From the NCBI GenBank assembly GCA_051362555.1, contig CM120645.1, positions 10,044,001 to 10,108,000 of the forward strand: a stretch of DNA of 64,000 nucleotides. The letters run 5' to 3'. Under the pieces are notes generated by a model. That model did no database searches. It saw only the letters and a program-made list of their open reading frames with translations, and was not told where the DNA came from. Shown piece by piece: positions 1-12,785 of this stretch (its first letter is position 1; each line of letters begins with the position of its first letter). This DNA comes from Lingula anatina (taxonomy: Eukaryota; Animalia; Brachiopoda). The position numbers and the translations under genes are program-made.

Positions 1-3000
1 AGGTCAATTTTAAGGTCACATTTAGATTGCCAGTATATGACTTCCTATTCAAGTTTAATAGTAACTACGGACCCATCTCGGCCAGTTTTGGAGATAAAAG
101 GAAAGCAAAATTTGCAAAATTCAGTTCATGGTGTAAAGTAGGTCAAAGGTCAATTTTAAGGTCACATTTAGATTGCCAGGATATGACTTCCTATTCAAGT
201 TCAATAGTAACTATGGACCTATCTCTGCCAGTTTTGGAGATAAAAGGGAAGAAAAATTTGCAAAGTTCAGTTCATGGTGAAAAGTAGGTCAAAGGTCAAT
301 TTTAAGGTCACATTAAGATTGCCAGTATATGACTTCCTATTCAAGTTCAATAGTAACTATGGTCTTATCTCTGCCAGTTTTGGAGATAAAAGGGAAGCAA
401 AATTTGCAAAGTTCAGTTCATGGTGAAAAGTAGGTCAAAGGTCAATTTCAAGGTCACATTTAGATTGCCAGTATATGACTTCCTACTCAAGTTTAATAGT
501 AACTACGGACCCATCTCGGCCAGTTTTGGAGATAAAAGGGAAGCAAAATTTGCAAAATTCAGTTCATGGTGTAAAGTAGGTCAAAGGTCAATTTTAAGGT
601 CACATTTAGATTGCCAGGATATGACTTCCTATTCAAGTTCAATAGTAACTATGGACCTATCTCTGCCAGTTTTGGAGATAAAAGGGAAGAAAAATTTGCA
701 AAGTTCAGTTCATGGTGAAAAGTAGGTCACAGGTCAATTTTAAGGTCACATGTAGATTGCCAGTATATGACTTCCTATTCAAGTTTAATAGTAACTACGG
801 ACCCATCTCCGCCAGTTTCGGAGATAAAAGGAAAGCAAATTTTGCAAAGTTCAGTTCATGGTGAAAAGTAGGTCAAAGGTCAATTTTAAGGTCACATTTA
901 GATTGCCAGGATATGACTTCCTATTCAAGTTCAATAGTAACTATGGACCTATCTCTGCCAGTTTTGGAGATAAAAGGGAAGCAAAATTTGCAAAGTTCAG
1001 TTCATGGTAAAAAGTAGGTCAAAGGTCAATTTTAAGGTCACATTTAAATTGCCAGTATATGACTTCCTACTCAAGTTAAATAGTAACTACGGACCCATCT
1101 CGGCCAGTTTCAGAGATAAAAGGAAAGCAAAATTTGCAAAGTTCAGTTCATGGTGAAAAGTAGGTCAAAGGTCAATTTTAAGGTCACATTTAGATTGCCA
1201 GTATATGACTTCCTATTCAAGTTCAATAGTAACTATGGACCTATCTCTGCCAGTTTTGGAGATAAAAGGGAAGCAAAATTTGCAAAGTTCAGTTCATGGT
1301 AAAAAGTAGGTCAAAGGTCAATTTTAAGGTCACATTTAGATTGCCAGTATATGACTTCCTACTCAAGTTTAATAGTAACTACGGACCCATCTCGGCCAGT
1401 TTTGGAGATAAAAGGGAAGCAAAATTTGCAAAATTCAGTTCATGGTGAAAAGTAGGTCAAAGGTCAATTTTAAGGTCACATTTAGATTGCCAGGATATGA
1501 CTTCCTATTCAAGTTCAATAGTAACTATGGACCTATCTCTGCCAGTTTTGGAGATAAAAGGGAAGAAAAATTTGCAAAGTTCAGTTCATGGTGAAAAGTA
1601 GGTCACAGGTCAATTTTAAGGTCACATGTAGATTGCCAGTATATGACTTCCTATTCAAGTTTAATAGTAACTACGGACCCATCTCCGCCAGTTTCGGAGA
1701 TAAAAGGAAAGCAAATTTTGCAAAGTTCAGTTCATGGTGAAAAGTAGGTCAAAGGTCAATTTTAAGGTCACATTTAGATTGCCAGTATATGACTTCCTAT
1801 TCAAGTTTAATAGTAACTACGGACCCATCTCGGCCAGTTTCGGAGATAAAAGGAAAGCAAAATTTGCAAAATTCAGTTCATGGTGTAAAGTAGGTCAAAG
1901 GTCAATTTTAAGGTCACATTTAGATTGCCAGGATATGACTTCCTATTCAAGTTCAATAGTAACTATGGACCTATCTCTGCCAGTTTTGGAGATAAAAGGG
2001 AAGAAAAATTTGCAAAGTTCAGTTCATGGTGAAAAGTAGGTCAAAGGTCAATTTTAAGGTCACATTAAGATTGCCAGGATATGACTTCCTATTCAAGTTC
2101 AATAGTAACTATGGACCTATCTCTGCCAGTTTTGGAGATAAAAGGGAAGAAAAATTTGCAAAGTTCAGTTCATGGTGAAAAGTAGGTCAAAGGTCAATTT
2201 TAAGGTCACATGTAGATTGCCAGTATATGACTTCCTATTCAAGTTTAATAGTAACTACGGACCCATCTCCGCCAGTTTCGGAGATAAAAGGAAAGCAAAT
2301 TTTGCAAAGTTCAGTTCATGGTGAAAAGTAGGTCAAAGGTCAATTTTAAGGTCACATTTAGATTGCCAGTATATGACTTCCTATTCAAGTTTAATAGTAA
2401 CTACGGACCCATCTCGGCCAGTTTTGGAGATAAAAGGAAAGCAAAATTTGCAAAATTCAGTTCATGGTGTAAAGTAGGTCAAAGGTCAATTTTAAGGTCA
2501 CATTTAGATTGCCAGGATATGACTTCCTATTCAAGTTCAATAGTAACTATGGACCTATCTCTGCCAGTTTTGGAGATAAAAGGGAAGAAAAATTTGCAAA
2601 GTTCAGTTCATGGTGAAAAGTAGGTCAAAGGTCAATTTTAAGGTCACATTAAGATTGCCAGTATATGACTTCCTATTCAAGTTCAATAGTAACTATGGTC
2701 TTATCTCTGCCAGTTTTGGAGATAAAAGGGAAGCAAAATTTGCAAAGTTCAGTTCATGGTGAAAAGTAGGTCAAAGGTCAATTTCAAGGTCACATTTAGA
2801 TTGCCAGTATATGACTTCCTATTCAAGTTCAATAGTAACTATGGACCTATCTCTGCCAGTTTTGGAGATAAAAGGGAAGCAAAATTTGCAAAGTTCAGTT
2901 CATGGTAAAAAGTAGGTCAAAGGTCAATTTTAAGGTCACATTTAAATTGCCAGTATATGACTTCCTACTCAAGTTTAATAGTAACTACGGACCCATCTCG

Positions 3001-4337
3001 GCCAGTTTCAGAGATAAAAGGAAAGCAAAATTTGCAAAGTTCAGTTCATGGTGAAAAGTAGGTCAAAGGTCAATTTTAAGGTCACATTTAGATTGCCAGT
3101 TTATGACTTCCTATTCAAGTTTAATAGTAACTACGGGCCCATCTCGGACAGTTTCGGAGATAAAAGGAAAGCAAAATTTGCAAAATTCAGTTCATGGTGT
3201 AAAGTAGGTTAAAGGTCAATTTTAAGGTCACATTTAGATTGCCAGGATATGACTTCCTATTCAAGTTCAATAGTAACTATGGACCTATCTCTGCCAGTTT
3301 TGGAGATAAAAGGGAAGAAAAATTTGCAAAGTTCAGTTCATGGTGAAAAGTAGGTCAAAGGTCAATTTTAAGGTCACATTAAGATTGCCAGGATATGACT
3401 TCCTATTCAAGTTCAATAGTAACTATGGACCTATCTCTGCCAGTTTTGGAGATAAAAGGGAAGAAAAATTTGCAAAGTTCAGTTCATGGTGAAAAGTAGG
3501 TCAAAGGTCAATTTTAAGGTCACATGTAGATTGCCAGTATATGACTTCCTATTCAAGTTTAATAGTAACTACGGACCCATCTCGGCCAGTTTCGGAGATA
3601 AAAGGAAAGCAAATTTTGCAAAGTTCAGTTCATGGTGAAAAGTAGGTCAAAGGTCAATTTTAAGGTCACATTTAGATTGCCAGTATATGACTTCCTATTC
3701 AAGTTTAATAGTAACTACGGACCCATCTCGGCCAGTTTTGGAGATAAAAGGAAAGCAAAATTTGCAAAATTCAGTTCATGGTGTAAAGTAGGTCAAAGGT
3801 CAATTTTAAGGTCACATTTAGATTGCCAGGATATGACTTCCTATTCAAGTTCAATAGTAACTATGGACCTATCTCTGCCAGTTTTGGAGATAAAAGGGAA
3901 GAAAAATTTGCAAAGTTCAGTTCATGGTGAAAAGTAGGTCAAAGGTCAATTTTAAGGTCACATTAAGATTGCCAGTATATGACTTCCTATTCAAGTTCAA
4001 AAGTAACTATGGTCTTATCTCTGCCAGTTTTGGAGATAAAAGGGAAGCAAAATTTGCAAAGTTCAGTTCATGGTGAAAAGTAGGTCAAAGGTCAATTTTA
4101 AGGTCACATTTAGATTGCCAGTATATGACTTCCTATTCAAGTTCAATAGTAACTATGGACCTATCTCTGCCAGTTTTGGAGATAAAAGGGAAGCAAAATT
4201 TGCAAAGTTCAGTTCATGGTGAAAAGTAGGTCAAAGGTCAATTTCAAGGTCACAGTAAGATTGCCAGTATATGACTTCCTAGTCAACTTCAATAGTAACT
4301 ATGGACCTATTTCTGCCAGTTTTGGAGATATAAGGGA
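1..4337. repeat. 146-bp tandem satellite array (about 30 monomers), central array of a HINE family-1 element; runs off the window's left edge
   Basis: AGGTCAATTTTAAGGTCAC recurs at 1, 147, 293 and onward. Duplicated ORFs in the track are spaced at multiples of 146 (584, 1314). Confidence 0.97.
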
Positions 4338-5310
4338 CTTAATGTTATAATTTTGGAGTTACCATAATGTGCCTTAAATTTCGTACAGAAAAAATTAATT
4401 AAAATAAAGAAAATGTCATTTTGGTCAAAATTCTTGAAATAGGAGGTGCTCTGAAGTTTCAGAAGTTCAAATTTGATGAAATAATGTCATTTTTGAACAC
4501 AAGTTGTCTGCTTTGCCAAGCCTTATGTTTTATTTTTCCAGAGTTCAAAATTTATTATCCATTACCGTACTGCACATTTTGCTTTTACCACCAATATGTA
4601 CTTTTTAATACAGCTTAACTCGAAAACCGTATGGAATACAAAAAAACCGAGACCACATCCAGTGTTGGGCTTAACATGCTCTACAAAATGCAAAAAGGAA
4701 TGGGTCTCTAGCATTAACGGTTCCCGAATTAGAGATAGTTTTCAGTTTCGGTATCTTATGGCCGCTACTCCCATGAAAATGCACCGATTGACCCCAAATT
4801 CATGGAGATGAAAGATGACCTGAAGGGTAACACTTTCCAATAATATTATTGGTTAAGTCTGTGTGGTGTCTGAATAACAGGGAAAAAAAATTTTTTTTCG
4901 TAAAAAATTTCATTTTTTTAAAAATTTTGGCCCATTTGACCTTGAAGTAAAGGTCAAAGGTCAAATCCAAGGGTATATTTGAAATCTACACATATGACTT
5001 TTGGAAAGCCGTCTATAGAAATTTTTCCCATAACTCCTTCCGTAGGGTAGATAATAAGCATTTAATTTTGCCATTTTTAGACAAGGGTGCATTGCAATGA
5101 GTGCCACACCCAGACCCCAATACCGACAAAGCCCAAATTTTACGTGGAACGAGTTGAGATTATAGGTGACCTAAATCCATGAGATGGGTACGGGGGCCCT
5201 TACCGCCTAGGAGGAGAAGCGGTAACGGTAGGCGTCCGGCGGAGCTGGCGGAACGATCCGGACGGGACCGAAACCATGTGTACCGCCAGCGCTAACGCTG
5301 GTGGTACAAT
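1..5310 (-). mobile_element. Non-autonomous Helentron-like (HINE/DINE-type) element, family 1, left end outside the window
   Basis: The satellite array is followed by a unique module of about 980 bp, a short CCGGCGGAG-type microsatellite and a terminal hairpin TGTACCGCCAGCG-CTAA-CGCTGGTGGTACA. The same module recurs at 32322, 38850, 47203 and 64000. Confidence 0.8.
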
Positions 5311-7709
5311 AATAACTACGGACCTATCTCTGCCAGTTTTGGAGATAAAAGGGAAGCAAAATTTGCAAAGTTCAGTTCATGGTGAAAAGTAGGTCAAAGG
5401 TCAATTTCAAGGTCACAGTAAGATTGCCAGTATATGACTTCCTATTCAACTTCAATAGTAACTATGGACCTATCTCTGCCAGTTTTGGAGATAAAAGGGA
5501 AGCAAAATTTGCAAAGTTCAATTCATGGTGAAAAGTAGGTCAAAGGTCAATTTCAAGGTCACATTTAGATTGCCAGTATATGACTTCATATTCAAGTTCA
5601 ATAGTAACTATGGACCTATATCTGCCAGTTTTGGAGATAAAAGAGAAAGAAATAAGCAGAGTTCAGTTCATGATAATAAGTAGGTCAAAGGTCAAGCCAG
5701 GATATGACTTCCTATTCAAATTCAATAGTAACTATGGACCTATCTCTGCCAGTTTTGGAGATAAAAGGGAAGCAAAATTTGCAAATTTCAATTCATGGTG
5801 AAAAGTAGGTCAAAGGTCAATTTCAAGGTCACATTTAGATTGCCAGTATATGACTTACTATTCAAGTTCAATAGTAACTATGGACCTATCTCTGCCAGTT
5901 TTGGAGATAAAAGGGAAGCAAAATTTGCAAAGTTCAGTTCATGGTGAAAAGTAGGTCAAAGGTCCATTTCAAGGTCATAGTAAGATTGCCAGTATATGAC
6001 TTCCTATTGACTTCAATAGTAACTATGGACCTATCTCTGCTAGTTTTGGAGATATAAGGGACTAAATGTTATAATTTTGGAGTTACCATAATGTGCCATA
6101 AGTTTCCTAAATTAAGAAAAGGCCAGTTTTGGAGATAAAAGGGAAGCAAAATTTGCAAAGTTCAGTCCATGGTGTAAAGTAGGTCAAAGGTCAATTAATT
6201 AAAATAAAGACAAGGTCAGTTTGGTCAAAATTCTTGAGATGGGAGGTGCTCTGAAGTTCCAGATGTTCAAATTTTATGAAATAATGTCATTTTTGACCAC
6301 AAGTTGTCTGCTTTGCCAAGCCTTATGTTTTATTTTTCCAGAGTTAAAATTTATTATCCATTACCTTACTACACATTTGTCTTTCACCACCAATATGTAC
6401 TTATTGATACAGTGTAACTTTCCAGATAAAAGGGAGGCAAAATTTGCAAAGTTCAATTCATGATGAAAAGTAGGTCAAAGGTTAATTTCAAGGTCACAGT
6501 AAGATTGCCAGTATATGACTTCCTATTCAAGTTCAATAATAACTACGGACCTATCTCTGCCAGTTTTGGAGATAAAAGGGAAGCAAAATTTGCAAAGTTT
6601 AGTTCATGGTGAAAAGTAGGTCAAAGGTCAATTTCAAGGTCACATTTGGATTGCCAGTATATGACTTTCAGTTCAGTTCAATAGAAACTATGGACCTATA
6701 TCTGCCAGTTTTGGAGATAAAAGGGAAGCAGAATTTGCAAAGTTTAGTTCATGGTGAAAAGAAGGTCAAAGGTCAATTTCAAGGTCACATTTAGATTGCC
6801 AGTATATGACTTCCAATTCAAGTTCAATAGTAACTATGGACCTATCTCTGCCAGTTTTGGAGATAAAAGGGAACCAAAATTTGCAAAGTTTAGTTCATGG
6901 TGAAAAGTAGGTTAAAGGTCAATTTTAAGGTCACATTTCGATTGCCAGTATATGACTTCCCATCAAGTTCAATAGTAACTATGGACCTATCTCTGCCAGT
7001 TTTGGAGATAAAAGGGAAGCAAAATTTGCAAAGTTCAGTCCATGGTGTAAAGTAGGTCAAAGGTCAATTTCAAGGTCAGAGTAAGATTATCAGTACATGA
7101 CTTCCTATTCAACTTCAATAGTAACTATGGACCTATCTCTGCCAGTTTTGGAGATAAAAGGGTACCAAAATTTGCAAAGTTCAATTCATGATGAAAAGTA
7201 GGTGAAAGGTCAATTTCAAGGTCACATTTAGATTGCCAGTATATGACTTCCTATTCAACTTCAATAATAACTATGGACTTATCTCTGCTAGTTTTGGAGA
7301 TATAAGGGACTAAACGTTATAATTTTGGAGTTACCATAATGTGCCATAAATTTCCTACAGAAAAAATTAATTAAAATTAAGAAAAGGTCATTTTGGTCAA
7401 AATTCTTGAAATGGTAGGTGCTCTGAAGTTCCAGAAGTTCAAATTTGATGAAATAATGTCAATTTTGACCACAAGTTGTCTGCTTTGCCAAGCCTTATGT
7501 TTTATTTTTCCGGAGTTCAAAATTTATTATCCATTACCGTACTGTATATTTTGCTTTCACCACCAATATGTACTTTTTGATACAGCGTAACTTTCGAGAT
7601 AAAAGGGAAGTAAAATTTGCAAAGTTCAATTTATGATGAAAAGTAGGTCAAAGGTTAATTTCAAGGTCACAGTAAGATTGCCAGTATATGACTTCCTATT
7701 CAAGTTCAA
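5311..7709. repeat. More diverged 146-bp satellite monomers interleaved with pieces of the family-1 unique module
   Basis: Same monomer as 1-4337. Module fragments lie at about 6052-6420 and 7300-7590. Confidence 0.9.
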
Positions 7710-8558
7710 CTAGAGGATCAGAGAGGCGATACCGCCTCCGAATATTGTACCACAGGCTGGAGCAAGCGCATTCATATAGACCCCCACATACACAAAATAA
7801 GGGACACAGCCACCAGTTTTGTGCTTGACAAGCTGTAAAAATGCAATCAACAAGAATTTTTAAACTATTGCAAAATATATATATGGTATGGAGACCACTT
7901 GCAGTGTTGGGCTTTACATGCTCTACAAAATGCAAAAAAGAATGGGTCTCTAGCATTTACGGTTCCCGAATTAGAGACAGTTTTCAGTTTCGGTATCTTA
8001 TGGCCGCTCCTCCCGTGAAAATGCAATGACTGACCCCAAATTCACGGAGATGAAAGATGACCCGAAGGGTAACACTTTTCAACAATATTATTGGTTAAGT
8101 CTGTGTAGTGTCTGAATAACAGTGCAAATAACTTTTTTTCGTAAAAAAATTTTTTTTGAAAATTTTGGCCTGTTTGACCTTGAAAGAAAGGTCAAAGGTC
8201 AAATCCAAGGGCATATTTGAAATCTACACATATGACTTTTGGAAAGCCGTCTGTAGAAAATTTTCCCATAATTCCTTCCATAGGGTAGATAATTAGCATT
8301 TAATTTTGCCATTTTTGGACAAGGGTGCATTGCAATGAGTGCAACACCTAGACCCCAATACCGACAAAGCCCAAATTTTACGTGGAACGATTTGAGATTA
8401 TAGGTGACTTAAATCCAAGAGATGGGTACGGAGGCCCTTACCGTCTAGGAGGAGAAGCGGTAACGGTGAGATGGAGGCGGAGCCAGAGGAGCCGGCGGAA
8501 CATGCGGGTCGGGACTAAAACCATGTGTACCGCCAGCGCCTACGCTGGTGGTACAATT
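7710..8558 (-). mobile_element. Internally deleted HINE family-1 copy (both termini, no satellite)
   Basis: Starts CTAGAGGATCAGAGAGGCG-ATAC-CGCCTC (hairpin plus sub-TIR; on the minus strand it ends CTAG-TT) and ends with the CGCTGGTGGTACA hairpin. Confidence 0.75.
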
Positions 8559-8713
8559 AAGAATATGTTTTCAAAGGAAAAATATCAATAGAACAAATTT
8601 AAATGTCCAACTGTCTCCATTCTGAGATTCTTAACTTAGTGAATGATTGAATCTGACGAACTGCAATGATACCACTTACATACAAAAAGGCTAATAATTT
8701 CATCAAAACTTAA

Positions 8714-9704
8714 AGACAGTCTCAGCGCGTTAAACCCTTAAAATAGCACGAAAATGAATTTTCCTGGAAAACTCACCAATTTCCCCATAATGACCAAGGT
8801 ATATCCTATCCAAAACCGTTCAGAAAATGAAGCTACCTAATACCGTTTTTAAGTTCCATTAAATAATAAAAGACGACTCGTCTTAAATACTCAGCTACCA
8901 CCTCACAGTACGGCTTCAGAACGCGCAATTTCTCGCTAAGTCTCGCGGTTTACTATGAATGAAGTACTACGGCTGAGACCCGGATGTTACTAGTTGGCGC
9001 CAAAACAGCAAACATGGCTCAGACGCGCGTCAAGTCTGAACAGGAGAGCGACAAAAGGGGGCGAAAGAAAATAGCCACTCCAGTTCGAAAGATAGGAAAG
9101 AAAATTAGAGACAGACGAAGAAGCACTCAGACTGTGTATGTTGGGAGGGAGGTGGGATGGTGGAGGACACTTAAAGCTGAGTTAGGACTCACATACGAGG
9201 CAATGGCGAAACTACTCCTCGACACGTGAGTATGCGCTTCACAGGTCTCAAGTGCGTCTGATTATCATATTATCCTGTTCACAATAAATGACAATATTTG
9301 TGCTCATACAAAGTTGGTTACGTGTATAAGAGCGTTTTGGGCTTTACGTTTTCTGTTTTTGATCGGTACATGTACCGAAAAGATGGACAGGCGGCACTTA
9401 CATGTCTGACAAGTTTCGCTGTGTAGTCTTGACGACTATCTCATGCTGACTGAAGCCTGCTGTGATTGGTTGTAAGCATGGGAAAATCGAGGTCGTGACC
9501 TTGAGCTGGAAGTACTTCTGGCTGTGCTCCGAAATCATGATAAATAGTTTTCGTTTTCTAATTCTTTATTCTAGTTGTCTTAACAGGACTTTTGTGACCC
9601 AGACTTATTCATATAATAATAAACAATCTCCCAAAACACAAATCTGATCAAAGTTTTACATAGAACCTGCTTCTATACATTAATCTAACCCACTGAGTTG
9701 TCCT
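8714..9704 (+). mobile_element. Kolobok-like non-autonomous DNA transposon of about 990 bp
   Basis: Flanked by TTAA at 8710-8713 and 9705-9708. AG...CT termini with imperfect TIRs (AGACAGTCTCAGCGCGTTA vs reverse complement AGGACAACTCAGTGGGTTA). Confidence 0.6.
9014..9225 (+). pseudogene. Orphan first coding exon of a transposon-borne gene
   Basis: AAACATGG start context. Basic peptide ...RDRRRSTQTVYVG..WRTLKAELGL..AKLLLD ends at a GTGAGT splice donor. No second exon is evident. Confidence 0.45.
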
Positions 9705-9749
9705 TTAACTGATCAAATGTGAAAATAGTTTCATTGGATCTTAGTTTTG

Positions 9750-9928
9750 ATAGTCAGAAAGGTTTCATTTATGCTAGATCCTGAAATTTTGATTTACCTG
9801 TTGACTGTTTCATCTGTTCACTCTGACAGACTTGGTCACAACTGAATTACCTGTTCAGGTGAAGGTGAAACAGTCAACAGGTAAATCAAAATTTCAGGAT
9901 CTAGCATAAATGAAACTTTTCTGACTAT
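9750..9928. repeat. Inverted repeat or hairpin with arms of about 65 bp (MITE-like)
   Basis: ATAGTCAGAAAGGTTTCATTTATGCTAGATCCTGAAATTTTGATTTACCTGTTGACTGTTTCA is matched in reverse complement at 9863-9928. Confidence 0.85.
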
Positions 9929-11139
9929 TAACTGATCAAGCTTATTTTCAAACTTGATCTGTTTACTAGTCAGACTGATCACTCCCGTGAGTTTCAAGAC
10001 AAAAGGCTGATTGGTTTTCCTTAAAATATGTTATCAGTGTTGCATATATGCTGAATAATGGAAAATAAAAACAGCATAACTTTTGTAAAAATAGTCCAAT
10101 CAAGCCAGTTTTCGAACCTGACCTGCATATTATGAATATTCATCAGTTCTGTAAGTTTCAGTTCAAAAAGAAATACATTTGTACACTTATCATGATATCA
10201 GTGTTATAAAATGCTGAAAAAATTGAAAAAAAAAAAACAAAAAAAAAAAACAGGATAACTTCCATAAAAATGGCCCGATCATGCTGATTTTCAAACTTGA
10301 CCTGCATATTATAAATACTCATCAGTTCTGTAAGTTTCAAGCCAAAAGGTTAAACGTTTTTTCACTTATCATGTTATCGGTGCTGTATATATGCTGAAAA
10401 AGTGAAAAAACAGCATAACTTCCCTAAAAATGGCCTGATCATGCTGATTTCCGAACTTGACCTGCCTATTATGAATATTCATCAGTTCTGTAAGTTTCAA
10501 GCCAAAAGATAAAATGGTTTTCCACTTATCGTGTCATCAGTAAAAGTGCACGGTGACAACGGCGACAGGGATGATGGCTACGACAGATGCAGGTGACGGC
10601 TTTATGTACACATCTGTGTCTGTACATAAAAATATTGATTCTGTTCAACTTATCAAATATTCTTGTATTCTTATCTAGGAGATCTTCCTGTCCTTACAAA
10701 TCAAGTCATATCTTCGGAATAATTTTTCTTATGCCGCAAAGGCCCAATACCGCACCCATGCATATCTTGGAAAGATGATCAGCTTCTATGCTCTTTTGTC
10801 ACATTAGTCGGGTATTTTCCTATCTCTCATTGTTGCCATTTTTAAAGTACAAATAAAAAATATATTTGAGTGAGAAAATGGTAATTTTCTAGACTTAATT
10901 GGAGAAGTAAGATCAAGATGGTGGCACCTCACTACAGTAGGGGCATGTGAATGGATACTGTTATTGAAATGATTGAAAAATTTCAAATAATAGGGAAATA
11001 ATATTATATTTTAACAACAATAGTATACATGCGTCTTTTTATGCAGTATTCTGAAACTGATGGTGTTGAAATTTTACTTATAAGTCAGTACTGATCCACA
11101 ATGTTCAGGTGAGCTGAAAAGCTGGCTCAAGCATACCTG

Positions 11140-11278
11140 GACTCCGTATCTCAAAAGGTTCGCTATGTTGCACACGTGCGCAAGTGTCTCGATTCCATGG
11201 CCCCATATCTCGAAATAGAATTGGTTATTGACACTAACGCACGTGTGCAACATAGCGAACTTTTTTAGATACGGAGCC
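11140..11278. mobile_element. 139-bp PIF/Harbinger-type MITE
   Basis: TIRs of about 50 bp (GACTCCGTATCT...GTTCGCTATGTTGCACACGTGCG). CTG target-site duplication at 11137-11139 and 11279-11281. Confidence 0.8.
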
Positions 11279-12044
11279 CTGGTAGCAAAATGAACATAAC
11301 TTGCAAACTAATGGAGGTAACTTGAAAGTTAACATAATTGGCATAATCCCTCAGAATTTTCAGGCGAACAAGTGGGCAAATGAAAAAAAAAAGTGCATAA
11401 GATAAATCAACTTTTTTTTTTTACTCATTACCAAATAAGAAATTGTAGTTTTTAACTGGCCATAACTCTTGATACTGCATGTAAATATAAAAGTTATTCC
11501 ATTTTCATTTAGCTTGAAATATTGGGTTTTAAAAATGTATACTTTGTATGGGTAATAAAGGCAAACAAATAAATTATGGCCAATTTACTGGGGTGACCCG
11601 GCTTTTCAAGGCTAGCTCGCAATATTAATAAGGTCGCGCGACAAGGTTATTTTCAGTTGCACTCTGGATTACGCACGCTTGCTCCGCAAGGTGTCGCCTG
11701 TTGAGGGGGGGCAGCACAGCCCATGTGGTTACTGTGACGAAGGTGACAAGTACTTCCAAACATTTTTCAAAACTGTCATTATTCCTCATTCTATTCACAA
11801 ATTTGATATTGTAACGCGAGGGGTCGGGCCCGAGCGACGGCGACACCCATGCGCGGCGTGGGAACTTGGATGTTTCTTAGGGAAAGTATATCCCTGTCCT
11901 TCAGAAATAAAGAGGCAGATTTATGTTTTAATAAATTTTACTAAACGGATAAATCGACCATAAAATTCTCAAGTCAGTGGTGACTATCACATGACTTATT
12001 GTCATAAATGTCTATAAAATTGAGAAGTTGGCGTTGCGCGTAGT

Positions 12045-12785
12045 GTGAGATGACATCTGAGATGGAGTCGACCTCGTTGACCGCACTGCGTTGGATGGCA
12101 TCGTTAATGGAATCGGGTAGCGTGCGATGACATCAGGCATCTCTAGTAGTAACCATGTGTAGGACGGCCTCGTTGACGGTTCGCGTTAGATGACATCGTT
12201 GATGGAATTGGGTAGCGTGCGATGACATCTGGCATCTCTGGTGGTAACCATGCGTAGGACGGCCTCGTTGACGGTTCGCGTTAGATGACATCGTTGATGG
12301 AATTGGGAAGCGTGCGATGACATCTGGCATCTGTAGTGGTAACCATGTGTAGGACGGCCTCGTTGACGGTTCGCGTTAGATGACATCGTTGATGGAATTG
12401 GGTAGCGTGCGATGACATCTGGCATCTCTAGTGGTAACCATGCGTAGGACGGCCTCGTTGACGGTTCTCGTTAGATGACATCGTTGATGGAATTGGGAAG
12501 CGTGCGATGACATCTGGCATCTGTAGTGGTAACCATGCGTAGGACGACCTCGTTGACGGCACCGCGTAGATGGCATCGTTGATGGAATTGGGTAGCGTGC
12601 GACGACATCTGGCATCTCTAGTGGTAACTAAGCGAAGGACGACCTCGTTGGCGGTTCGCGTTAGATGGCACCGTTGATGGAATTGGGAAGTGTGCGACGA
12701 CATCTGGTGTCTCTGGTGGTAACTACGAAAAGGACGGCCTCGCTGACGGCACCGCGTTGGATGGCATCGTTGATGGACGTCGTTG
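12045..12785. repeat. 95-bp CpG-rich tandem repeat (about 7.5 units) inside the LTR
   Basis: GACGGCCTCGTTGACGG recurs every 95 bp (12163, 12258, 12353...). Second copy at about 22041-22781. Confidence 0.93.

Larger units (their letters stand above)
8575..10627 (-). mobile_element. HINE family-2 remnant interrupted by younger insertions
   Basis: Homologous to 49440-50268. Contains roughly 160-bp AAACAGCATAACT...TTGACCTGC repeats and ends in a GACGGC-type microsatellite and a degenerate TGTACA..TGTGTCTGTACA hairpin. Confidence 0.6.

Noticed and set aside
27-3937. Repeated 86-101 aa ORFs (MVKSRSKVNF...)
   Set aside because: Chance read-through of the 146-bp satellite; the period is not a multiple of 3 and there are no protein features.
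4421-4811. Recurrent MVKILE... and MYFLIQ... ORFs
   Set aside because: Non-coding HINE module; the frames are broken differently in each copy.
10650-10840. Possible decayed CARD-like exon on the minus strand
   Set aside because: Needs several frameshifts; similarity too weak to support.
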